Shown in pieces: positions 1 to 10,481 of a stretch of DNA of 64,000 nucleotides. Positions within the stretch are counted from its first letter, which is position 1, and each line of letters opens with the position of its first letter. The position numbers were made by a program, and so were the translations under genes. This DNA comes from an uncultured Chloroflexia bacterium (GTDB lineage: Bacteria; Chloroflexota; Limnocylindria; Limnocylindrales; CSP1-4): the NCBI GenBank assembly GCA_963768655.1, contig CAVYIM010000006.1:192001-256000 (forward strand), written 5' to 3'. The notes under the pieces are model-generated. The model saw only the letters and a program-made list of their open reading frames with translations, was not told where the DNA came from and ran no database searches.

Positions 1-2487
<2,487 letters not shown>

Positions 2488-2595
2488 ATCGGGGCGATTC
2501 GCGATCGGGGCGGCGGCGCGCAGCAGCCCCGACCCTGATCGGATCGGTTTGCATGCCCGGCAAGCCCGGCCCGCGGAGCATCGTCGAGCGCTTCG

Positions 2596-2807
2596 TGCTC
2601 AGCGGGTGAGCAAGTAGGACGCCGCATGTGGGGGAAGGTGTCGATGGACGTCGAAACCGCTCACGCTGTGGACAGATCGAGCGTACGGCACCTTCCAGGG
2701 GTCGAATGAAGACGGGTCGAGAGCGACTTGTGCGTCCGGCGAGCAGATTCGACCAAACTGGCGCGACCCAGCCCGCCCTGGTGCCACACATGCTCACTGA
2801 GTGAGCA
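2596..2807. repeat. 212-bp imperfect palindrome bounded by TGCTCA-N5-TGAGCA units
   Basis: TGCTCAgcgggTGAGCA at 2596-2612 and TGCTCActgagTGAGCA at 2791-2807. Further complementary blocks fall in exact register, e.g. GTCGAA/TTCGAC. Confidence 0.7.
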
Positions 2808-2920
2808 GCGGTCGCCGGAATCGGGCCGCCCTGCGGGGTCTGTGTTCCAGGCTGGGCAGATTCGACGCCCGCTCGCGGCCGGCCAGGCGACCGCTCCGGC
2901 GCCGGCCGCCTCGGAGTTCG

Positions 2921-3277
2921 TCAGCCGTTGGCGAGGGCGACCTGCCAGTAGTCGTACTCGCCGCCGAGCGGCGCGACCGCGGCCTCGAACTCGGTCCGAA
3001 GCGCGGAGATTGCTTCGGGCGTGACCACGACCGACTGGATCACGGCCACCATCCAGTAGCCCTTGCGGGCCGACGTCTCGATCTCGATGCGTCGATCGGG
3101 CCGCTGAAGTGAGCGGGCGACCTGCTGCGCGGCCTTGACTCCGGGTATGTAGAGGAAGTGGCGAGTCTCGTGAGGCATGCTGGGATCGGCGCCGGCCTTG
3201 CGGAGCTCTTCGACGGCGAGCGCGTCGGGATCTATCGTTCCCGGCTTCTGACCCGCGTCTTTCTTGAGGAAGCTCAT
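2921..3277 (-). CDS. RraB-like (ribonuclease E inhibitor B family) small protein, 118 aa
   Basis: Pattern LRKAGADPSMPHETRHFLY...A..LGGEYDYW fits the RraB/DUF695-like fold. GGAG RBS precedes the ATG at 3277; the longer upstream ORF extension looks spurious. Confidence 0.7.
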   Translation of the reverse strand: MSFLKKDAGQKPGTIDPDALAVEELRKAGADPSMPHETRHFLYIPGVKAAQQVARSLQRPDRRIEIETSARKGYWMVAVIQSVVVTPEAISALRTEFEAAVAPLGGEYDYWQVALANG

Positions 3278-3447
3278 CGGTCGCTCCGAGATCGTGCTGC
3301 CGGTGCTCGGCCAGACAGATAGTAGCCGGACGGCGCCCCAGGCTGTCAGTAGTGGTATCGGCGACGGCGACCGGCGCAGGACGGCGAGCGAGCCGGCTGT
3401 TCCCATCGCCGCACGCGCGCCGGCGCCGGCCCCGCTATCTTCAACGC

Positions 3448-4563
3448 ATGCCCGAACTGCCGGAAGTCGAGACGATCGCCCGGGATCTGCGCGGCCTGGT
3501 GACGGGCGCGCGGATAGTGGGCGCGCGCTCGAACTGGCCGCCCACGCTGCGCAGCCACGACCCGGATGCCTTCGCGGCGGCGGTTTCGGGGCGGGACATC
3601 GAAGGCGTGGGCCGGCGGGGGAAGCAGCTCCTGGTCTGGCTCGGACCGGCGCCCGGCCCGGCAACCCCGGACCCAGTAGACCCGGACCCGGCGGTCCTCA
3701 CGATCCATCTCAAGATGACCGGCCAGCTGTTCGTCGTGGCGGCGAGCAGTCCCGACGATCGCCACGTCCACGTCGTCCTGGCGCTGGCCGACGGCCGCGA
3801 GCTGCGGTTTCGCGACATGCGCAAATTCGGGCGGATCGGCCTGTACCGTCGCGATCCCGCCACGGGCCTGCCGCTGCAGGGCGAGGCGGTCGGCGTCCTG
3901 GCTCTCGGCGCCGAACCACTCTCCGACGAGTTCACCGCGCGCCGGTTCGCGGAGCTGCTCGCGCAGCGTCGCGGCCGGCTCAAGACCCTGCTGATGAACC
4001 AGGACTTCCTGGCCGGCGTCGGGAACATCTACGCCGACGAATCTCTCTGGCGGGCGCGGCTCCACCCGCTCCGCGATGCGCACAGGCTCCGCCCCGACGA
4101 CGTCCGCCGTCTCCACAGGGCGTTGCGGGAGGTGCTGGCGGAGGCGGTCGAACGGCGGGGCAGCTCGATCGACGACTACACCGCGCCCGAGGGCGATGGC
4201 TCGATGCAGGAGCACCTGGCCGTATACCAGCGCGCCGGCCAGCCATGCGAGCGCTGCGGCCGGCCGATCCGGCGGATCGTGGTGGGCGGGCGGTCGACGC
4301 ACTTCTGCAGCTGGTGCCAGCGGCTGCCGGCGGATCAGCGCGAGGCGGCGGGCAAGCTCTTGCGGTCGGCGCACGACGGGGGCGAGGGCGGGCGCCCGGG
4401 TAGACGCGGCCCGCGTTGGACGGAGCTGTCGGGCCGGGGGGCGCTTGGTCGGACCATCGACGAAGAAGAGCGGGCGCGGCGCGGGGCGGCCACTCGAAAG
4501 GCGGCGTCCACGCGCCGCGCGGCGGCGAGACGAGCGGCGGCCCGTACGGGCGGGCCCGCCTGA
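3448..4563 (+). CDS. mutM: Formamidopyrimidine-DNA glycosylase/AP lyase with basic C-terminal extension
   Basis: N-terminal PELPEVET, HLKMTG, H2TH GVGNIYADE and zinc finger CERC...CSWCQ. Confidence 0.97.
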   Translation: MPELPEVETIARDLRGLVTGARIVGARSNWPPTLRSHDPDAFAAAVSGRDIEGVGRRGKQLLVWLGPAPGPATPDPVDPDPAVLTIHLKMTGQLFVVAASSPDDRHVHVVLALADGRELRFRDMRKFGRIGLYRRDPATGLPLQGEAVGVLALGAEPLSDEFTARRFAELLAQRRGRLKTLLMNQDFLAGVGNIYADESLWRARLHPLRDAHRLRPDDVRRLHRALREVLAEAVERRGSSIDDYTAPEGDGSMQEHLAVYQRAGQPCERCGRPIRRIVVGGRSTHFCSWCQRLPADQREAAGKLLRSAHDGGEGGRPGRRGPRWTELSGRGALGRTIDEEERARRGAATRKAASTRRAAARRAAARTGGPA

Positions 4564-6608
4564 TGTCGATCGTCCGGCTGGAGAGCGTCGTTCGCGAGGT
4601 CGGCGACTTCGTCATCCTCGATCACGTGGATGCGGCCGTCGCCGCGGGCGATCGAATTGGCCTCGTCGGCCCCAATGGCGCGGGGAAGACGACCCTGCTG
4701 CGGCTCGTCGCCGGGCTCGACGAGCCCGACGGGGGCGAGGTCCATCGGAAGCGTGGCCTGACTATCGCCATGCTGCCCCAGGAGGCCAACGTCGACTCGA
4801 CCTTCACAGAGGCGCCGAGCCTGAGGCAGGCCGTCCGGGCGGGCGCCGGGCGGTTGGAGGAGCTCGAGCGAATCCTTCGCCAGATGGAGGAATCCGGTCT
4901 CGTCACCGAGCCCGCGTACGAGCAGCTGCAGCACGAGTTCGACCATCGCGACGGGTACGGACTCGACCAGCGCGTGGAGGCCGCACTCTCGGGCCTCGGC
5001 TTCGATCGAGGGCAGTGGGATCGCCCGCCGACGAACCTGTCGGGCGGTGAGCAAACCCGCGCCGCACTGGCCCGGCTGCTGCTGGGCGACCCCGACCTGC
5101 TCCTTCTCGACGAGCCGACGAACCACCTCGATCTGGCCGCGCTGGAGTGGCTCGAGCTTCACCTGGGCCGCCGCCACGGCTCCTTGATCGTCGCCTCGCA
5201 CGACCGGGCCTTCCTGGACGCGACCGTCATGCGTGTCTGGGAGCTGCGCGATCGACGATTAGCGCCGTTCCGTGGCAGCTACTCGGCCTACGCCCGGCAG
5301 CGGGAGGAGCGCGACGTCCGGGCGGAGGAGGACGCCGAGGATCGGGCGGGGGCGATCGCCCGCGAGCGTGAACTGGTCCAGCTGTACCGGCATCAGCGCA
5401 AGTTCTCCAAGATGCACGAGCACGAAGCCCGCCTCGATGCGCTCGAGCCGCTGGAGAAACGGCGCTCGGAAGCGAAGCTCCGCCTGCCCACGGAGGCTCT
5501 CGCCGGCGGCGGCCCGGCTCGCTCCTACGAAACGGTGGTTCGGGCGGAGGGGCTCGTGGTCGGGTACGCGACACTCGGGGATGGCGAAGGCGCGGCCCGC
5601 AAAGAGACCCCCGTCGCCCGCGTTCCATGGCTCGAGCTGAGCCGCGGCCAGCGCGTCGGTATCGTCGGCCCGAACGGTGCCGGAAAGACGACGCTGCTGC
5701 GCACGATCGCCGGCGAGCTGGCGCCACTGGACGGCGCCCTGGACCTGGGCAAGAACGTCCAGCTGACGTACCTCGCCCAGCTCCGCGACGTGCCGATCCC
5801 CGGTGCGACGGTCCTCGACGCTGTCCTCGACGCGCTGCCGCTCAGCCAGGGTGCGGCGCGGGGCCACCTGGCGCGCTTCCTCTTCCGCGGCGACGACGTC
5901 TTCAAGGAAGTGGCCGCGCTGTCCGGCGGCGAGCGTTCCCGGCTCGAGCTGGCGCTGCTCTTCCTGCTGCCGGCGAACCTGCTGTTGCTCGACGAGCCCA
6001 CGAACCATCTCGACATTCCGGCGCGGGAGGCGCTCGAGTCGTTCATGGCGAGCACCGATGCCACTTTGCTCGTCGTCAGCCACGACCGGCGGCTGCTGGA
6101 GAAGGTCTGCGCCTCGCTGTGGGTCGTCGACGACGGTCTGGCCGTGCCGTTCGAGGGTGGCTACCGCGCCTGGCGGGCTGCGGTCGCCGACGGCTGGACG
6201 GTGAAGGCGGCGGCCGAAAGCGAGGCCCGGCGACTTCATGGCGGACGGCCCGCGCCCGACGGACGGAAGCCGGGGGTCGCGGTCGGGAACCAGGGTCGAA
6301 AGGCCGAAGCGCGATCGGGTGGGGGAGCGGCGCCTTCGGATCGTCCCGCGGCTGCGACCCGCGTCCCGGACCACTTACCCGTCGCGAAACTCTCCAAGGA
6401 CGCCTACCGTCGGCGCAAGATGCAGCTGGACGACGAGCTAACAAGTTTGACCGAGCGCAAACGCCGCCTGGAATCGGATCTCGCCGACCCGGGCGTCAAC
6501 GGCAACTTCCTCGAGCTCCGCCGCGTCAGCGGCGAGCTGGCGAGCGTCGATCAAGCCCTGGCCGAGGTAGAAGAGGCGTGGCTGGAGATGGAGGAATCGG
6601 CACCGTGA
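4563..6608 (+). CDS. ABC-F family ATPase with C-terminal coiled coil (Uup/YheS-like)
   Basis: Two ABC cassettes (GPNGAGKTT, LSGGE, LLDEPTNHLD twice), no transmembrane segments, TGATG coupling to mutM. Confidence 0.92.
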   Translation: MSIVRLESVVREVGDFVILDHVDAAVAAGDRIGLVGPNGAGKTTLLRLVAGLDEPDGGEVHRKRGLTIAMLPQEANVDSTFTEAPSLRQAVRAGAGRLEELERILRQMEESGLVTEPAYEQLQHEFDHRDGYGLDQRVEAALSGLGFDRGQWDRPPTNLSGGEQTRAALARLLLGDPDLLLLDEPTNHLDLAALEWLELHLGRRHGSLIVASHDRAFLDATVMRVWELRDRRLAPFRGSYSAYARQREERDVRAEEDAEDRAGAIARERELVQLYRHQRKFSKMHEHEARLDALEPLEKRRSEAKLRLPTEALAGGGPARSYETVVRAEGLVVGYATLGDGEGAARKETPVARVPWLELSRGQRVGIVGPNGAGKTTLLRTIAGELAPLDGALDLGKNVQLTYLAQLRDVPIPGATVLDAVLDALPLSQGAARGHLARFLFRGDDVFKEVAALSGGERSRLELALLFLLPANLLLLDEPTNHLDIPAREALESFMASTDATLLVVSHDRRLLEKVCASLWVVDDGLAVPFEGGYRAWRAAVADGWTVKAAAESEARRLHGGRPAPDGRKPGVAVGNQGRKAEARSGGGAAPSDRPAAATRVPDHLPVAKLSKDAYRRRKMQLDDELTSLTERKRRLESDLADPGVNGNFLELRRVSGELASVDQALAEVEEAWLEMEESAP

Positions 6609-7321
6609 CGCAACGCGAGCCGGCGGCTACGGTGAGCGCCCAGCGCCGAGGCGGAGCCGCTCCGCGCCGCGGCACACTCGGGACGCGGGCCCCGCTGATC
6701 GGCCTGATAGGCCCGATCGGCTGCGGCAAATCGACCGTGGCGGGGTGGCTGGCCGCGCGCGGCGCCGCCGTGGTCGATGCCGACGAGCTGACGCGCGAGG
6801 TGATGGCGCCGGGCACGCCTGTCACCGGCGCGATCGTCGCCCACTTCGGCGAAGAGTATCGCCGCGCCGATGGCTCGCTCGATCGGGCCGCCCTGGGCCG
6901 CCTCGTGTTCGCCGACCCGGCTCGCCTGGCAGAGCTGGAGTCGATCGTCCATCCCGCCGTCGCCGGTTTGCTCGAGGCTTCCATCCGGTCGGCCGATTCG
7001 AGCGGCCCCGCCGCTCCCGCCGCGATCGTGTTCGAGGCGATCAAGCTCGTCGAGGCGGGCCACGGCCCCTGGTGCGATGAGATCTGGCTGGTCATCTGCG
7101 ACGCGAAGGCTCAGCTCGCCCGCCTCACCGGCCGCGGCATGTCGGAGCCGGACGCCCGCCAGAGAGTGGCCGCCCAGGCCGCCTCACGGAAGCTCTGGCG
7201 CGCCGCCGCCACCCGCACGATCCGCACCGACAGCCCGCCCGACGCGGTTGAGCGTGCTGTGGGCGCCGCGCTGGAGGAGGCCCTGGCGGCGGCGTCGCTG
7301 AAGGCCGCGCGGCGGCGCTGA
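6605..7321 (+). CDS. coaE: Dephospho-CoA kinase
   Basis: IGLIGPIGCGKSTV P-loop, VDAD, LDRAALGRLVF, LESIVHP. GTGA overlap with ABC-F; the exact start is uncertain. Confidence 0.93.
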   Translation: MTQREPAATVSAQRRGGAAPRRGTLGTRAPLIGLIGPIGCGKSTVAGWLAARGAAVVDADELTREVMAPGTPVTGAIVAHFGEEYRRADGSLDRAALGRLVFADPARLAELESIVHPAVAGLLEASIRSADSSGPAAPAAIVFEAIKLVEAGHGPWCDEIWLVICDAKAQLARLTGRGMSEPDARQRVAAQAASRKLWRAAATRTIRTDSPPDAVERAVGAALEEALAAASLKAARRR

Positions 7322-7476
7322 AGCCGTGTGGCGGCGTCGCGGGCCCCTCAGGGCAGCTTGCCGAGATCTCGGCCGCCCGGAGAGGGCGGCGCCCGCGACG
7401 CCGCGTCGGAAGCGCCATTCAATCGTGTAGCACCTGCCTTCAGGTTTGGATTCGCCGATGCGCCTACAATCGGTGG

Positions 7477-8844
7477 GTGATCGCGTCCCTTCCGTCGCGC
7501 CGCCGCGGTTTCCTGGGCGGCGTTGCGATCCTGGCAGCCGTCGCCATCGTCTCGGCGGCCGTTCTCGCCGGCTCGGGCGTCGGCGGGAGCGGAGCCGCCA
7601 GCTTTTCCGCATCCGCAAGCCCATTCGCGAGCGCGTCCGCAATCGCCGGGGGCACGTCGGTCGGAGGCGCCGATACGCCCGGGCAGGTGACGCCGGGATC
7701 CACGACGAGCCCTTCGCCCGGCTCCTCGTTCCAGCCGATCGACATGTTCGCGCCGGAGCCGACACCGACGCCCGCTCCTTCTCTGGCGCCCGGAACGACG
7801 AGCCGGCCGGTCAGGAGCGGCCCGCCCGCGATCCCCCTCGTGGACCCCGGCCGTGACATCCCCGACCAGTCCCTCGATTGGCTGACGCTGAAGGCCGCCG
7901 GTCGGTTCGTGCTCTCGAACGGGCAGATCGGCCTCCTCGACGCCTCCGCCGACCCGCTCGCCAACCCGGTAACCGGTCAGCCGTTGCCGGCCGCTCGACG
8001 CCTCGACGTGACCTGGACCCGCTGGATCGTGGAGCCTCCGGCGAGCGGGACGGACGCGAAGGGCAATACCTACCACGACCTCACGTACTGGAACATGTGC
8101 GGACCCGGAGCGACAACGGTTGCGCTCTACTACTGGCAGCAGCTGACCGGTCACCCGAACGTCACCGGCACTGCGGGCTATTTCCTCGACCCGTACGTGG
8201 CGGATGGGGTTGCGTGGCCCAGTAAAGGGCCCACGTTCACGGCGCCGAACGGGCAGGCGGAGCACCTGGGCACCTACTGGTCCGGCTCAGTCAAAGTAGG
8301 CGGCTTCACCGCCCACGGCCGAGGATTCATCATGTATGTGGGCATGGCCGTCCTGCCGGCCGGCTGGACGTCGCCCGGAATCGACGTCTTCGTCGGCGGC
8401 AACGGCAAGCCCCTCTATCCGACGCGCGGCTCGCCTCCGCCGGACATACAGGCGGCGCTGAATTGGGAGGCCTCCGGCCAGGCGACCAACTGGGCCGAGA
8501 CCTACTACGCGACCGTCCCGCGCTGGGATCCGACTCTCGCCCGAGACCTGACGGCGGCCGTGATGCTGGATGTGGGGCGAGACGGCGTTCCGGTCGTGGC
8601 CGCGGTCGACACCTACTACCTGCCCAACTGGCAGGCCGGATCCAGCACGCCGCACACTCGTCATGCCATCTCCATCGTCGGCTACGACAACGCGGCCAAC
8701 CCGCCCACGTTCACGTACCTGGACACCTGCGGCCGCTCGTGCAACAGCCGGGGCGGTAACCAGAACGGCCAGGTCCACGTGATCAGCCAGGCCCAGATGA
8801 CACTGGCCATGGCCGACGGCAACGGCATGGGCTTCATCTGGTAG
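7477..8844 (+). CDS. Exported papain-like (C39-like) cysteine peptidase with S/T/P-rich linker, paralog 1
   Basis: SRRRGFL Tat-like motif plus hydrophobic stretch; WNMCGPGA (Cys), RHAISIVGYD (His), YLDT (Asp). TACAAT lies 6 nt before the GTG. Confidence 0.7.
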   Translation: MIASLPSRRRGFLGGVAILAAVAIVSAAVLAGSGVGGSGAASFSASASPFASASAIAGGTSVGGADTPGQVTPGSTTSPSPGSSFQPIDMFAPEPTPTPAPSLAPGTTSRPVRSGPPAIPLVDPGRDIPDQSLDWLTLKAAGRFVLSNGQIGLLDASADPLANPVTGQPLPAARRLDVTWTRWIVEPPASGTDAKGNTYHDLTYWNMCGPGATTVALYYWQQLTGHPNVTGTAGYFLDPYVADGVAWPSKGPTFTAPNGQAEHLGTYWSGSVKVGGFTAHGRGFIMYVGMAVLPAGWTSPGIDVFVGGNGKPLYPTRGSPPPDIQAALNWEASGQATNWAETYYATVPRWDPTLARDLTAAVMLDVGRDGVPVVAAVDTYYLPNWQAGSSTPHTRHAISIVGYDNAANPPTFTYLDTCGRSCNSRGGNQNGQVHVISQAQMTLAMADGNGMGFIW

Positions 8845-8912
8845 ACGGGGGAGCTGCGGCCGGGGACGGGCCGCGCACCGGAGCCCTGGCGTTGGAACAT
8901 AGAATTCGACCG

Positions 8913-10247
8913 ATGAGGGTTAGCCGGCGCAGGTTCGCGCCGCTCGGAGCGGCGGCGTTGCTGATCGTGCTGGCGGCTGGCGCGCTTCTGGTCGGGTGGC
9001 GCGGCGGAGGTGAGACCGCCACGTCCTCGCCGAGCGGGGCGATCTCCGCCGGCTCGGGCACGGCCTCGATCGGAGCGGCAACGCCCTCGGTCTTGTTCTC
9101 GTCCGGCCCCGGCGCCACGGCCGCGATCACCGCGACGCCGGCGCTGACCCCGGCCGCCGCGACATTCCAACCCGTCGACGTCTTCGCCACTCCAACCGCG
9201 GCCCCGTCCGAAGGCGCGCTGCCCACCGACCAGGTTGACTCCCCGGCCCCGCGCCGGCCCGTGCCCGCCCAGGCGTCAGAGTGGCTGACGCTCAAGGCGG
9301 CAGGCCGGATCGCCCTCGTCGACGGCAAGGCCGTCGTCCTGGAGTCCGGCGCCGACCCGCTGCTGAACCCCGCCACGGGCGCTCCGGTCCCGGTCGCCCA
9401 CACGCTCGACACGAGCTACACCCGCTGGATCATCGAGCCGCTCGGCAACGGCCAGGACGAGAAGGGCAACAGCTACTCGGACCGAAACCTCTGGAACCTG
9501 TGCGAACCGGGCGCGACAACCGTCGCGCTCTACTACTGGCAGCAGCTGACCGGCCACCCGAACGTTACCGGCACCGCCGGGTACTTCCTCGATCCGTATG
9601 CGTCCGAAGGTGTCGCCTGGCCGTCGCCCGGCCCGGTGGTGGCTCGATCGAGCAGCGGCGCGCGCATCGGCACCTACTGGTCGGGCTCCGATCGACTCAA
9701 CGGCTACACGGCTCACGCCCGCGGCTACATCATGTACGTGGGAATGGCGGTAGCGCCGCCGGGGTGGCAGTCGAAGGGGATCGCGGTGTACGCGAACGCC
9801 AGCGGCCGGCCCCTGTATCCGACGATCGGCGCTCCGCGGACCAACATCCAGGTCGCCCTCAACTGGGAGGCCTCGGGGCATGAGCCGCAGGGCTGGGCTC
9901 AGTTCTGGTATGCCTCGGTCATGCGGTTCGATCCGACCGCCGCCCGCGACCTGCAGATGGCCGTCACGCTGGACGTGGGCCGCGACGGCGTGCCGGTCGT
10001 CGTGGAGCTGGACACCCACGAACTGCCGAACTGGCAGGCCGGCTCGAAGACGCCGCACATCCGCCACGCGGTCTCGATCGTCGGCTACGACAACGCGGCC
10101 AGCCCGCCGACCTATACCTACATCGACACCTGCGGCCGTTCGTGCAACAGCAGGGGCGGCAACCAGAACGGGGCGCTCCACGTCGTCAGCCAATCCCAGA
10201 TGGTCTCGGCGATGCAGGACACGGTCGGCTCGGGCTTCGTCTGGTAG
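8913..10247 (+). CDS. Exported papain-like (C39-like) cysteine peptidase, paralog 2
   Basis: SRRRF plus hydrophobic stretch; WNLCEPGA, RHAVSIVGYD, YIDT; collinear with paralog 1. TAGAAT lies 7 nt before the ATG at 8913. Confidence 0.7.
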   Translation: MRVSRRRFAPLGAAALLIVLAAGALLVGWRGGGETATSSPSGAISAGSGTASIGAATPSVLFSSGPGATAAITATPALTPAAATFQPVDVFATPTAAPSEGALPTDQVDSPAPRRPVPAQASEWLTLKAAGRIALVDGKAVVLESGADPLLNPATGAPVPVAHTLDTSYTRWIIEPLGNGQDEKGNSYSDRNLWNLCEPGATTVALYYWQQLTGHPNVTGTAGYFLDPYASEGVAWPSPGPVVARSSSGARIGTYWSGSDRLNGYTAHARGYIMYVGMAVAPPGWQSKGIAVYANASGRPLYPTIGAPRTNIQVALNWEASGHEPQGWAQFWYASVMRFDPTAARDLQMAVTLDVGRDGVPVVVELDTHELPNWQAGSKTPHIRHAVSIVGYDNAASPPTYTYIDTCGRSCNSRGGNQNGALHVVSQSQMVSAMQDTVGSGFVW

Positions 10248-10481
10248 GGGCCGCACTCGATCGGGCGGCGCCGCCAGCGGGAGTGCGGGCTCAGCGCGGC
10301 GGCGGCCTTGGCGGCAGCCCGATCGCTTCGTCCGCCGCGACGAGGCGGGCGAGTGGGGCTACCGAGGCGTTCCTGACGCGAGTAGCATTGCCGCGCTTCT
10401 CAGGCGCGTCGCGGTCTGCAGTGCCGAGCGGCAGGGCCCAGTCGATTTGGAGTTGTCCCCGAACACTGCAGGGGGTCACCG

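Noticed and set aside
10142-10481. N-terminal part of the 1339-aa ORF
   Set aside because: It overlaps the upstream gene and has non-protein-like composition; the real signal peptide is in the frame starting at 10482.
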